Assembly: GCF_002105155.1 (NCBI RefSeq)
Contig: NW_019029001.1
Coordinates: 1 to 64,000 of the forward strand
Direction: 5' to 3'
Length of the DNA stretch: 64,000 bases
Source: Lobosporangium transversale
Lineage: Eukaryota
In this document: positions 37,801-52,296 of the stretch, one piece after another
How the letters are laid out: every line of letters begins with the position of its first letter
Position numbering within the stretch: the first letter of the stretch is position 1
Program-made: the position numbers and the translations under genes
Notes under the pieces: generated by a model
What the model was told of the DNA's origin: nothing
Database searches by the model: none
The model's input: the letters and a program-made list of their open reading frames with translations, nothing else

Positions 37801-40800
37801 TCAAATGGCAACAAGTCCCTCGCCAGCACCATTCTTGACAAACTTGATCGTCTTGAGCGCTAGATCATCACTTGGCCGAATAGCATAAACTACTTCCTTC
37901 TTATTCCTCTTGGATGTCTCTTGAACATGGCTGCTGCCCTCATGGCTCTCGACACCACTACCGCCACCACCAATATCACCGCCACTCATTTGACTGTGAG
38001 CTGATAGACTGTCTGACGACCCATCCAATCCTCCAACAGACGTGTGGTTCGCCGGACCCGACTCAGTCCCACTAAGAACAGGGGCCGAACCACCAAAATG
38101 GTACATCGAGACTGACGAGTTGGATGCTGAAAGCAATTTGGCTTTGGCTTTCCGCTGCTCAAGCGACGCATGATCTTCCATGAATCTATAAAAATAAAAA
38201 AATAAAAATAAAAAAAAAAACAATAATAATTTCAGTTTAATCTCCATATACCCAAATAATAAACATTTATAAGCAATAAAACATGTCAAACAGCCACTTA
38301 CTTGGACAATTCACACCATCCTCCTCCGATTCGGACCATGACCTTACGACTTCTCAGGATACGGCAGTAGCAAACCTTGGGCTCAATCTCTCCAAACACA
38401 TATCGTCCCACCTGTCCATTGTATTCATCAATACCATTGTTTTCAAGCTTTGACACATTCAACCGATTTTGACCCTGATCTCGGATCACCTTCATAGCTC
38501 GTGGACTACTAATATCTATGCCATCAGTGCCTCCTTCATACCCTCCATTATCAGACAACCCACTCAATACAAGACTCGAAGCCGAGTCAGATCGACTTCT
38601 AGCCATCCCTCCACCAGGTGTATTTGCACCCGTGCTGTTGCCACTTGCAGATAAGTAAGGGCTTTGACTATCCTTCACCCTCTTAACCTTCATCAAGAAT
38701 CCGCTCGCATTTACCACACGTGCCACTTCAACATCCAATGCATTGTCCAGGTCAGGTTTGTAAACCATCCGTTGCTTACTTGTAGTTGATGAATTTGGCA
38801 CATCTAAATTGCCACCGTTGCTATTATTGTTCTGAGCAAGCGAGGGAACCAAAGCCATCGCTTCGTCATTTTTGTGGACGACAGAAGGGCGTCTCTTGGT
38901 TTCTTGTGAGAACGTAGCCGACATGCCATGGAGGCTGGACAGACTTGGAGAGACGCCAATATTTGTGTATTTCTTGGGCGTGCTCACGTCTGTTTGGCTG
39001 GCTGTGGCTCGACCCGGTGCTGTACCCGAACGCATTCGACCGCTTGTTGTTGATCGTGATGTACTAGACCTACTTCCACCGCTAGCTGTTGAGGGAGGTA
39101 CAGGTGGCCCACGCGACACGATGTTACCGGTCGAGAAACGCTTTTTTTCAGATGATTGTTGACCAGATGAAGAAGGTTCCAGAGGCGTACCTAAATTGGT
39201 CTTGGCACGATTGCTGGATGAGATAGTGGGCTGCATCACGCTGGGTCGAGACGACAACGACAGCTGGCCATCGAGGGGATGGACTCCTGATCCTTGGTTC
39301 AACTCATTACTGGCAGTACTACTACCAGACCGACCTACCCGAATACGGTCCAGCTCCTCCTTCTTGGCCAAAGCAGACTTCTTAAGCCTTTGCCAGTGCT
39401 CAGTCGTTATACCATAGTTCTCGTCCAGACGCCAATCATTTAGATGGTCGGCCATGTTTGAAACCGCGTCCAAACGCTGTTCAATATCTTGTGTGAATCT
39501 GTCCAACTCCTTCATCAGACCACAGTAATTGGCTTCCCATTGCTGAGCATCCTCCTCACTCAAGGATGAGAGCGAAAAGGATCGACGCTTCGCTGCCCGT
39601 GAAGCACGTCGTTCTCTTGATATGGCGGTAGCCCTAGAAACAGTCGTTGCAGGTGACATCCGAGGACTAGCGATCGGTGATTTGGCATTATGTATAGATG
39701 CAACGGATACAGACGATGATGATGTCGAAGGTAAGCTATACAGCGATACGCTAGTAGGCATACCACATGTAGTGGACAGCGTCAAGAGGCCATCAGCAGT
39801 TGAAAGAGCCTTGGCCATCTCATCACAGAGCATGCTGGCCTCATGGATCAGACCCATAGCGTCTCGTACTCGATCGGTCTCCTCAACCTCTTTACGTTGA
39901 TGGTTACAAGACTCTACCAGTCGACTCATCGACTCTGCTATGAGCCCACGCTGCATGGCCACACCGACCATTCTTTCATGGTGTCGCATTTGGCTACGAG
40001 TGCTAATGCCTTGGTCTGAAGTATTACCATTTTCAAGACAGGCTTGCTCTTGCTCATTCTGCTCGTTTGCAGCCAAGAGCATTGCATCAAACCGTTCAAC
40101 TTTGGCCCGGAGAACATCACGAATATATGCTTCAATCATTTCTAGACGGACTTGACCATCCTTGGACTTTATCAAAGTACCATCAGATCCCATTGCCAAA
40201 GACAGAGCTGAATGTGACGAAGGCACATAGTCAAACATTTCTTGAACTTCACGCGAGACCCTAGTAATATCCTCCAGAATCTCCTTTCCAAACCGGCTCA
40301 GTGCTTTAGCCTTGACAACTGGGATGGTGCCATTATCTGCTGAGGACCCCCGACGACCATGCTCTCCTAAATCTGTACCGTTCAAATCTGAGACCTCACT
40401 AGCATTTCCATCCTCAGAATTCATCTCGTCTAGAGCAGCTGTTTTGGCCAAGAATTCTTGCTTGAGTAGCTCCCAGTCTTCACGAGTACGCTTCGTGCGC
40501 TCTTGTACTGTTTGACGCAGAATTACACGCATCGAGATAGGTGGAGTTCCTTCTTCCTGAGTAGTTCCCGCAACCTGATCAGTGAGGTCCAAGGCACTCG
40601 TGTCGGGATGATGCAGAAGCATAAAGTCGCTTGAGAGATCATCATAGTGCTGGACAGTTCCACCAAACGCATTCATTTTCTTTTCTAAAGACTCCAAATG
40701 GTGGGTCTTCCAGTCCTTGGTCTGTTGACGCTTCGCTTTGTCACCCAAGTCTTCATTTCTGCTAGACAGGAACGGATCCAGCTGTGCCATGGATTCACGA

Positions 40801-43800
40801 CAGGCTGTGATCCACTGTCGAATATCCTCTGTAGCTTTGCAATGAGTATAGAATTTGGCGGCAAGCAAAGTCTCGAAACAATCCTCCTCAATATACACCT
40901 CTAGCTTTTTTAGAGAATCACGAATACGTTCCATTGATCCTTGAACTCCGGTCCGGATCGAAGAAATATTGCCATCAGCGTCAGCTGGCTCCGGCACCGT
41001 AAGCATATCGAGATCAAAGGCCATCTGTTCAAGAGCCGGATATTCTACCTCTTGAAGAACTGAAAACTGGTATTTGCCATCCATACATACTTCATTCGCA
41101 GCCACAACTACAGCTTCTAGTGCTCTACTGTTGAGCGCAAAACAACTTGATCGCTCCAAGCTTCCTAGTCTAGCCTTGACAGCATCAATCTGTTGAGCAA
41201 TGGCAGTCTCAACACGGACGAGATCAGCATGGAACTTGGCATGGAGCGCAATTTCTTTGGCGGTCTCGTGGATTATCTCCATCTGAGCCTTAGCAGACTT
41301 AATACGATTTGGAATCTTGCTAAAATACTCTTCAAAGTAAACTCTATTAGCATTAAGGATGGCTTGATGATCAGCTTGAATATTTGAACCAAGCCCCATC
41401 GCATTGACCTCATCAGCACGAATTAAAAGATCACGAGCCTGATCTTCTACATCCTTAATACACTGCTGAAGTGCTTCTTCTTCAGGCTGGAAAGCGTCCC
41501 AGTGCATCCACCGCAGAGCTTCGACGCGCCTATCGAGGCGCCCAAGCCCTTCTTTCTCGAAGCGAACAAGGTTATTATATAGGGCTAACCAGTGGTTCAT
41601 ATGGTTTAAGATCGTAGTATAGCCATTAGAATCAGCCTTGAGGGATGACCAAGCGGAATCGATGGCTTCAGCATGCCGCTTATGATCGGCTACATACTCT
41701 TCGCTGCTAAAGAGAGTGTCTAGTGTGTCCTTAAGTTCGTGATAAACTGATTCTTGGTTCGAAAGCTCCTTGCCAATACGCTCTGTCTCCGTTTCCAAGG
41801 TCTTGACCGCATTATCTAGAGTACCCTCATTCTTGGCAATGTAACCATAGGAATCCCAGAGCTGAGTCAGTCCTTTGATTTGATTATCGGACCACGTCAA
41901 AAACTTGTGCTTGGATGCTTCAAATTCTTCGACAGCAATAGCCCGCAGGACACGTAACCTCTCCGACTCCTTTTCATGAGCAATCTCTTTTTCAAGCTTG
42001 ATGCGTTCTATTACAGTTTCCATATGACCCGAAATCATGGATAATTGCTCTTCGAAATAGGCTTTGTTAGCATTCAGGACCTTATGGAGTTTCGCCTGTA
42101 TGTCTACACCAAATTTGATGGCGTTGGCTTCATCAGCACGAGCCATGATCTCGTGAGCCTGCTTTTCAAGGTCCATGATACGCTGACGGACTGCTTCTTC
42201 TTCTGTAAGGAAAGCATTCCAATCCATTGATGGCAATGCTTCAACGCGCTGTTCAAGGTGACTAAGCTCTTTCTTAAAGCGGTAAAGGGCATTATGAAGC
42301 GCCAACCAATGGTACATATGGTTTAAGATCGTAGTATAGCCATTAGAATCAGCCTTGAGGGATGACCAAGCGGAATCGATGGCTTCAGCATGCCGCTTAT
42401 GATCGGCTACATACTCTTCGCTGCTAAAGAGAGTGTCTAGTGTGTCCTTAAGTTCGTGATAAACTGATTCTTGGTTCGAAAGCTCCTTGCCAATACGCTC
42501 TGTCTCCGTTTCCAAGGTCTTGACCGCATTATCTAGAGTACCCTCATTCTTGGCAATGTAACCATAGGAATCCCAGAGCTGAGTCAGTCCTTTGATTTGA
42601 TTATCGGACCACGTCAAAAACTTGTGCTTGGATGCTTCAAATTCTTCGACAGCAATAGCCCGCAGGACACGTAACCTCTCCGACTCCTTTTCATGAGCAA
42701 TCTCTTTTTCAAGCTTGATGCGTTCTATTACAGTTTCCATATGACCCGAAATCATGGATAATTGCTCTTCGAAATAGGCTTTGTTAGCATTCAGGACCTT
42801 ATGGAGTTTCGCCTGTATGTCTACACCAAATTTGATGGCGTTGGCTTCATCAGCACGAGCCATGATCTCGTGAGCCTGCTTTTCAAGGTCCATGATACGC
42901 TGACGGACTGCTTCTTCTTCTGTAAGGAAAGCATTCCAATCCATTGATGGCAATGCTTCAACGCGCTGTTCAAGGTGACTAAGCTCTTTCTTAAAGCGGT
43001 AAAGGGCATTATGAAGCGCCAACCAATGGTACATATGGTTTAAGATCGTAGTATAGCCATTAGAATCAGCCTTGAGGGATGACCAAGCGGAATCGATGGC
43101 TTCAGCATGCCGCTTATGATCGGCTACATACTCTTCGCTGCTAAAGAGAGTGTCTAGTGTGTCCTTAAGTTCGTGATAAACTGATTCTTGGTTCGAAAGC
43201 TCCTTGCCAATACGCTCTGTCTCCGTTTCCAAGGTCTTGACCGCATTATCTAGAGTACCCTCATTCTTGGCAATGTAACCATAGGAATCCCAGAGCTGAG
43301 TCAGTCCTTTGATTTGATTGTCGGACCATGTCAAAAACTCAACCTTCAAGGAATCAAACTTTCCTATTGCTATAGCTCGCAGGGCACGTAGGCGTTCCTC
43401 TTCGTCAAGCCGCATACGTTCTTCCAGAGCAGCCTCAAGGGTTTTTGATTGCTGTTCCAATGAAACGAGCATGGCTTCTGCCTTAGCATCAAATTCATAA
43501 AACTTTGAGGAGATGTCACGATCAAGCTGTTCAATCGTGGATCGATTTTGTTTAACGTTTTCTTGAAGTCCATAGAGGGACGATTCGCTACTGAATGTCG
43601 CATTATCGGCTACCAAAGGCTCAGATAGGGACAGGACTCTGTCATAGTGTACTTTCAGTTCAGACTCTTGCTTGTCAGCAGTATGGGATTCCAGGAATTG
43701 AACCTGCATATCCTTCTTGTGCTCCGTCTTTTCGTGGACTCCTTGATACAGCTTCTCCAATCTGATATTGCGTTCTCTAAGCTCTTCTTGGGAAAAACGT

Positions 43801-46800
43801 GAACACAGTTCTTCAGCCGTGAATAGGAGATGGTCCACATTCTTCTCCTCTACCAAAGAACCTGTTGTTGATGTTGTTGGTTTCCCTTCTTCAGAGGAAT
43901 CAACGTCCCTCTCGTCGCCTGAAAAAACTCTTGCTACTAATATCGTAGCCTCATTTACCCATTCCACCAAGCTCGAGGCGTCCTCCAGGTACTGGGTTTT
44001 AACATGGATGGCCTCATTCTGACTCTGTTGGATTGCCTCCAGCTTTTGTTGTTTCCTCATGACCTCTCTGTCGTGTAAAACCTGGTTGAGGGTTTGATTA
44101 AAGTTTTCGAGGCGGGTCCGACAGACTTGGATGTGTCGACGCACCTGGGAGTTAATATCTTCGAATCTCATCCTTGATTCATCGCTAGAGGCATCTACTG
44201 GATAGCAGAGTGTAGCAACGCCTGCTTCAAATTCCGCACCTAATGCACGAATCTTTGCTTCAAGTTTTTGCATACCTGAAGCAAAAAAAAAAAAAAAAAA
44301 AAAAAAAAAGAATAGAATAGAATAGAATGATTAGAGCAAATATAACAACTACAGGTGCCCTTTTACAACAATTTTGTGATCCACTTACCCTTGTCACCAT
44401 CAATAGTAATTTCGTTGATATTAGTTACGGCCATGGCAGCAAGATCTGCTTTTAATTGAGAAAGATCATTCATACGGGCATTCAAACGCTCGAGGACTCT
44501 GCGTTGTTTTACCACCTCGGCACTATACATGATTTTGGACCATAGCTCTTGGTATTTTTTACCAAGACTAGCCTGTTGATTTTCAAACACGCCAGGAACG
44601 GTTCCTCTGTCAAGATACACCAAGGATCCGCAAAAATCTGTCCAAGTCTTTTCCACGCTGGGCTTAATTTGATCCTCAAACTCCTTCAACTGTCCTTCAA
44701 ACCCCAAAACTTTGGCATCCAGGCGACGAAGTAATTCCTCAATAACCGCAGACTCTGTAGACCCATCCATGATACTGCTGCCATCTACGCCCGTATTAGC
44801 TCTGTCATCCTTCCATTGCGCTTGATCTTCTACAAAATTTGCAACAGCGATGTCAAACGTTCGGCACCAATCCTGCGCATCCTTCAGCTCCTGCTCCCAA
44901 GCTGTTTGTTTTTGAAGGCATTTAAGCTCATCAGACTTGTGACGTATGTCTGATCTGAGGGACTGGATTCTGCTCTCAATCAACTCTATGGCATTTTTAA
45001 GCTCAACTTGCAACTGCCTTGAGTGAGCTGTAGCAGACAGAAGCGTTTGGTTGATAGTATCCTTGGAAACTTGAAAATCCTGCTCTTTATCCCGAACAAG
45101 AGCTAAAACCTGCTCTAACTCGGTCTTCAATGCGTTCAACTCTTTGAGCTGTGCCTCCAAGTCTGCAAAGCCTCCTTTGTCATTATGATTGTTGGATGAA
45201 TCGACGGAAGAAGAGAGGATGTGAAAGCCATCGTTTGCATTCATACCCTCATTGGGCCAAGACTTGAACACCATTTGCATACGTTCATTCACTCGCTGTA
45301 TCTTCTCATTTGCAGGGTCTAGCCATTGCTTATGGCCTTCCAGACCCTTAATGTAGGCGCGCAAGCGATCCTGGTAACGAAGAAGGCTCTTGTAATCAAC
45401 CAAAAGGGGCTCCAATGAGTCCTTTAGGCTCTCCGTGTTGGTAAGGCGGTTCCTCAACGAGACCTCCAAATCAATCTTGTATGCCTTTAGGGCTAGCGAC
45501 ACTGTTGAAGGAGTCTTATCTGATGGTCGTGGGCTGGTGGAAAATATGCATTTGAGATCCTCAGTAAGCTTTTCAAAATCCGCACATGCTTTCATGGCTC
45601 GCACAATCGCCTCAGTCGTGGCTTCTCGCTCAGCTCTGAGCTCGTTGGCGATGGCGCTCAGCCTAAAGTCAAGCTCATCATGTTTCTCGAGGTATGAGGC
45701 GACTTGAAGAGCATGCTCTGCAAACTGACCAGCATGCTCCAGATGGAGAGTGAGACGGTCGTATTGAGCCTTGAATGCTATCAGCTCGTCTTCCAGATAT
45801 TTGGGCATAACCCTCTTTGGCATGGATATAGCAACTGATTCTTTCAGTAAGGTAAACGCATTAACAGCTTCGTGAAACCGTGCTTCCTTCTCCTTAGAAG
45901 CAAGAGAAACAAGGCACTGGATTTGCTCCTGCAGCCGTCCTGCAGCCGTATGGTCAAGGCCTTTTTTTTTTTTTTTTTTTTTTTGAAATCAGATGAGGTA
46001 TTAGAATATTAGTGTGAATAATTTGTATATTATAGAATCCTTTTGATATTTCGCTTCGTACCTGCAGTGTCTCCGCTGCGCTCGCACGGCTTCAGAATCG
46101 CGGTGTACTCACAAATGGCGTCTATTGATGGTAACAATAGACCATAGTAGAATAATTAATAGTTAGGCGATTATGCTACTTTTTTTTTTTTTCTTTTTTT
46201 TTTTTTAATACTTACTTAAACAGGAATCCTTCAGTGCATCAACTTCTGCTGTGGACTCCGTGAAGTGTTGCGCCCAGAGCTGACGCTTTCGCAAAGTATC
46301 AAGTAGGCTTTTGTCATCAGCGTTCATTGCATAAATGTCGTTTAGATGCTCCGTCAAATTCTTAGGTATAACTTCTGCTTTCCGAGACCGCCTTGCACGG
46401 TTTACATCCAACTTTTCAAGTCCACCAGCGGACTCAACTGCCTTCTTAAGAACTCCTTGCAGATCTATCAATTCTGGCAGGCGTGTGGTCTCAAATTCTT
46501 TGAGTCTAGACAAGGTCTCTTCGTTTGCCACCTCGGCACTATGGATATAATCCTCCGTTTTTCTCCAAATAGCTTCATCAGGCGAAAGAGAATCTAGAGC
46601 AAAGATATCCCGAACAATAACTTCTCTCTCCTGGTCATTGAGATATCCTTGCAAAGAGTCAGTACAGTTATAAAATGCTTCCCAGGCGAGATCCCATTGT
46701 TGCTTCAATTCAAGTCGACTCTGAAGGCGCTCTTGTGTCTGCTGAATTGATATCTGAAGCGATGCAATGTCCTCAAGGAGCTTTGAACAGGATGGATCCT

Positions 46801-49800
46801 GGACCAAGTGACAATAGACACTGTCCTGCTCAAGAAGAACATATTGGCTCCGTAACTGATTCGATCGATGGCCCAACTCAATAAGATCATCACGTTGGCT
46901 AGGTTCTAGGTCCTCAAGTGCTGTAAAATCTGCCTGCAATTTATTTAAATCGGAATCGAGAGCGACCAATGAGGCAGCCAGCTTGCGACATCCTGTCATT
47001 GTGGCCGAATCGCGTTCGCGGTCCCCTCTTAAATCTTTGGTCTCCTTCAGTAATCTGTTGACGCTCTGAAGCTTGTTCTGAATAACAGTCGAATCCTGTT
47101 TCAGACTTGAAGTTGCAGACATGGTCGTGACAAGTGCTCCCATCTCTACAAGGCTTACATGCTCACTCTTTTCAAAATTTTCAATGGCCTTGCCAATAGA
47201 AAGCACCATGGTGGCAAAGTCATCGAAAGGCTTTGTGTCGTTCAAACCAAACCCAGTCATGGGTGCTGGGCCTTGAAGTTTAGTTTTGAAATTTTGCAAA
47301 GTTGCTTGACAGGTCAGAGTGAGCTCAAGGAACTCTTTCATTTTTCGGTCACCTTTGATCGCTTCTTGTTTTTGCTCAAAGTAAGTCCTCAGGTTTCGGA
47401 CCACAGAAGTAAGGCCTGCATGTCGGTTCTGGACTGCTTCGCGGACAGTGGGTTGACTCCGTTCATTAGTGATGGATAAGTCCAAAGTGTTGAATTGCTC
47501 TTCCACCTGTATAACAAACACTTCGATCTCTGAATCAGGTTGCCTCATCTCCCACTTGTTGATGGCTGTAGATGCTTGCTCAAGCTCCATCAGGGTAGTG
47601 CGGGCTTCCCAGAGATAATCCAGAACGCGCGCAGCATAAGCACAGTGTTCTGCCTCCTTGGGTAGCAGTTTCTCGACCTTTTCTAGATTGCTCATCACGC
47701 CTTTCATGAGCTTCTGCACGGCCTTGGTCGTTTCTTCAGCTGTCACATCTTGTGTTTCAACCACGCTTTTCATCACAGCCTTGGCTTGCTCATCTAGCTT
47801 TGCAAACCCACTAGAACGGAACATAGTCACCTCTGATTGTTCATCCTTGAGTTCGCCTTCAAGTTCATCAATCTCGGCTTGATAGTACTCAAGGTCAAGG
47901 TCCTGTGAGACGTCTCTTGTTATATACTCTTTGACGGTTGTAGCCCCATTCCATTGGTCATGTGTGACAAAAATAGGGACCTCAATGTTCGCTAACCACT
48001 CCACACTTTCACCAATCCACGCCTCCGAGAGAACAAAAGAATCAAAAAACTTCCTCAGCAGGCGGTCGTTCGCTAGGTTTTGCTGCGCTTTTTCGATAAC
48101 AATGCCCAATCGAGGCAAGCGCACAGTGGTTAGCTCATTATTGAGAGCTGTTAAGTGCTCTGGTGCAGTGTAGTGGTGGACTTTTGGATCCATAAGTGCG
48201 GTCAAAAAATCGACATAGGTCTTGAGCAAGAAACTAATGGATGATAGACTGACATCTTGTTGTTCAAGCACATGTTTTTCACATCGCTCCTGAGGCGTTT
48301 CATGTGAACGCTTCTCTGCAAATGCCTCTAACTGCGCCTCGAATTTTGAGATCTCGCCATTGACGCGACCGATCTCTTGAGAGCAATCAATGATCCATTT
48401 GATCTCCTCTGCTGTATCCTTTCCATTGACAACCTTATTGGTGAGTGAAGTCCAAATTGTTTCGAGTTCCCACCACTTTTTGTCCATTTCGCTAATCTGC
48501 TCTGGGGCCAGATCCGGATTTTCATACTCAAGCAGTTCCTCGCGCACGTCGTGCAGATGTGACATGATGTGTTCTTTGATAGCCTGCTCTTCCTCTACAA
48601 CTTTGATGGTTTCCATAAGTGGCTCCAAGTCCCTGACCCTGTCCAACAGTGATGTCATATCGGGAGATGGAGGGAATGCAGTGTCCTGCTCGCGAACCCA
48701 GGCCGTGAGCTCACCAATGCCTTGGTGGTACTCGGCCAGTTTTTCTCCCAGCTCTCGCTGTCTCTTCTCCTGTTCTTCAGGATCAGCCTTTCCTGTCTCT
48801 GTGTCAGAATGGTCGCGCTCAGAATCGGATAATACCGAGGAAGCTGATAGTATGTCGGCATCATGTCTACTGTGATCTGACGATGGATGGTCCATGCCTA
48901 CACCTGAGCCAGCATTGGCACCAGAACCAAGATCGGCCTCACTACCTTGCTGTTGTTGCAATAACTGAGACTTTTCGCGCTCATGCTGTTCTCTACGAAG
49001 TTTTCGTTGCAGGCGCCTCTCTTCTTCCTCTTCGCGCCTTTTCCGCAGAGCTTCCTCCTCCTCTCTTGCGCGCTCTGCAGCTCGAACAGACCAGCCTTCG
49101 ATTTCCATTCTTTTCAACCGGATGCGCTCAAGCTCTTCCTCCTCTTCCCGCTTCCGACGTGACTCTTCGGCCTGTAATCGGAATCGACGTGCTTGCTCGT
49201 CCTCTCCCGCCAAGGCTAAACGTCCATCCTTAGCCTGTAGCCGCAGCCTGTGGAGTTCTGCAGCCACCGCTGGATCCTGCTCCATCTGGTGTTTAGACAT
49301 GACGATGTAGTATTCGGTCACATAGGTCATAACCGATCGCTCGTCTGGTGTTTCAACATCAACTAAATCTTCTGGTTCCAGTAGCCGAGGGACTTTCATC
49401 TTTTCCAGTCCAACCTCGAATGCCGTTGTCAGTGTCTGACGCCATTCGTCGCTGGTTTCAAATGGCAAAGGAAGGATTGAAGAATAAAATTGGGGAAGGA
49501 ATTCGGGGTCATGACGATGGATCAAGGCTGCAAAGGCGAGTCCTGTCCGCCAAGATCTATGAAAATCTTGGATGGGCGGGATGACATCTGAATAATCTTC
49601 GAGCTGGTATCGGACCCATCGTAGAAGTGCTTGTTTAGCATCAACTTGCTGTGAAGTTCCTTTCTTCTTGCCCTTGGTGCCGTCATCGCCTTCCTGCAAC
49701 CCACGAAACACATGGATGCAATCGAAACATTACCATCAATATTCACCACCGTAGTCAAGTCGGGATGTATTTGAAATTACAATATGAACAATAACAAAAA

Positions 49801-51185
49801 CAATAGAGATATACAAATAGAAGATGGATAGATTAATAGATCAGTCAATCATGCATTTTTTTTTTTCTTCAATGTGCAAACAAAGCTGCACGAGCGGGAC
49901 GGGAAGAAGCACTAATGATCCAATATTCCACCTAGTGATCAAACAGACATTTGCCTCTGGATGGTCAAAGCAAAGCTGGAAGTATTGCATGTGGTTTTTT
50001 TTTTTTTTTTTTTCGCATGCTTTCAACGGACAGGATAGAGGAAAGTGGAAGCGTTGCACATGCAGGAGAGGATAACAACAACACCATAGCAGAAACGCAG
50101 ACGCATCATGACAACAGAAACAATATGCACATGCCAAGAACAGTTATCGTAGTAACTTCAGGCGCACATGCAAGTCTCACTGGCAGATGCGCGTGAGTAG
50201 TATGAAGAGAAACCAGCATACCATATCATGACCACTCTTATGTTCCAACTCAGATGCCCATTTGGCGCATCATGCGCGACTTCTGTGGTTCGCCACTCCC
50301 ATTACTCTACTTCCACAGTCCATTACATTACCATCATTATCTGTAGTAATCCCTAAAATATATAATAACATTGTGAATGGATATAGTGAATCAGCAACTT
50401 ACAAGGATATCTTCCGTGGCAAGAAAGGGGTATAGGTCAGTCATAGTGTTGGCGATTTGCTGGATTTGAAATCGATAGATGATAATCCAGAGTAGACCAA
50501 GGGTCAGCTTGAGTTTGCCATCGACAATGTCTTCAGTACCGATCGACCCCAGGGGCTCATCAGTCCTCTCCTCCAGGAACTTTAGCGCTTTAGAGACATT
50601 GGCTATTTGGTGAATCCGCATGTTGCCTCGCTCGGGTTTGAGTGGTTCTTTTGAGACCTCCTCCAATAATGCTACCAGTCGCTTACCATCCCGCAAGTCA
50701 AGTTCAATTGAAGTCATCGGTGTATAGATGTTGCTGATTGTTGATGTTGTCGTTGCTGATATTGAGGGTGAGATGGATTTAGTTGATGAACTTGTGCCAA
50801 GGTTGGTATTATTACTATTGTTACTTTTATTATTATTAATATTATTATTTGCAGAGGCCGCAGCATTAGCGAGTTGGACATTGACCCATCGCATGAATGA
50901 AGTCTTTTGGGTGTTGAGTTGTCGAACCATGTCGTCACCTGCGTCGAGATGGTGCGGGTGTGAAGAAAGCGATTGCGCAGAGGCGGTGTTATTGAATGAG
51001 ACGCTGCTGCTGAGATTGTTATTATTACCAAACTCGCATGCCGAGCTGCTATTGAGACTACTGCTGCTAAGGTTGTTGGTACTCTGGCTATAAATACTGT
51101 TACTGTGAAGACCACTGCTGCCTGTGTTGTTGTTGGCTCCATGGCTAGCCGACTGGAGCCGTTTGCTCTTGAGGATCCAGGACAT
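37801..51185 (-). CDS. ~4083-aa spectraplakin-like linker (tandem CH domains, long helical rod, C-terminal GAS2/GAR domain); exons 51185-50403, 49693-46216, 46121-46062, 45960-44389, 44275-38302, 38185-37801
   Basis: CH1 (QKTSFMRWVN...DLRDGKRLVALLE...DIVDGKLKLTLGLLWIII), CH2 (AKQALLRWV...DFHRSWRTGLAFAALIHRHDP...PDERSVMTYV), GAS2 (GRYVFG...CRILRSRKVMVRIGGGWCELSKFMEDH). Five phase-consistent introns give 12252 nt. Confidence 0.85.
41598..43319. repeat. 717-bp (239-aa) in-frame tandem repeat; ~2.4 apparently identical units, ~3 units with diverged flanks
   Basis: Same sequence at 41598/42315/43032; the ORF track shows identical peptides 717 bp apart in several frames. Confidence 0.95.
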
Positions 51186-52261
51186 TTATGCTCTGGGTTA
51201 TAAGGAAAAGAAGGGAGGGAAGGAGTGCAGACAGAAAGAGCCTGATGTTGCTTGCTGTGCTCAAATATTCTGTCAATGTGGAGTAAAGAATAAGAGAGAG
51301 AAAGAGTAAGTAAAAAAACAATGATTATGATGAAGTGTGTACAATACTGAGATGATGCAAGACAGCTACATGTTTATTTGAAAGATGTGAGAGACAGGGG
51401 AAAGGTGATGGAAACCAAGGGCAATTGAACGAGACTGGGCCTCCAGACCATGGCATGGATAAGTATAAAATAAAATGGCATTCTTCTGAGCATCGAACTC
51501 GGGGAAATGAATTAAACTTACCTTTATTTTTTTTATTTTTTTTTTTTATTCTTCCTTTTTATTTTATGTCATTCGAAGGAGACACAGCAATGATGGATGC
51601 AATGGTGCATTCAATTGAATAGGTGGGTCTAACAGAGATTGAACCAGGTTAACAGGAAACAAACAAGAAATATTAGAAGAAGAAATGTTAGCAGTGGGAA
51701 AGTAGATAGATTGAGGAGGTCATCCATGGATGGACATAGATATCATAGGGGAAATGTGTAAAATGGGGTTGTTTAAATAATCCTGACACACGAGGTAAAT
51801 GAATAAACTATAACCATATACCAGAGTGGAGTAAAAAAAAAAAAAAAGAAATGAAAAAAAGCTTGACTACGATCAACCTCAAGAAAGAAAGAAAGAGTAA
51901 AGAAGTGAGCCAGTGAAGATTAATAAGACTCTCGCTCCCTTCCTGTCCATTTACTTGCTTGCTTTCGGTACTATGTGAGTTGCACTGTAGACAAACGAAA
52001 GAATGGTATGTACAGGGAAAAAGGTGTGCACTACATTATTCTTGTACCAATTGGTTATGACATACCCCGTAAAAGTGTATGTTGTGTGGTAGAAAGAGTA
52101 TGATACAGAGTTAGAATAAGTGAAATATAGAAGTAACAAATGCAATATGGACAAGAAATAACGATCAGTTCGAAATGAACAATGAACAAATGACGAATGA
52201 ATGTAATTAAATGAATGAGCGTGAAGGGGCGAAGGAGGGCGAAAGGGGGCGAAGGAGGAAG

Positions 52262-52296
<35 letters not shown>

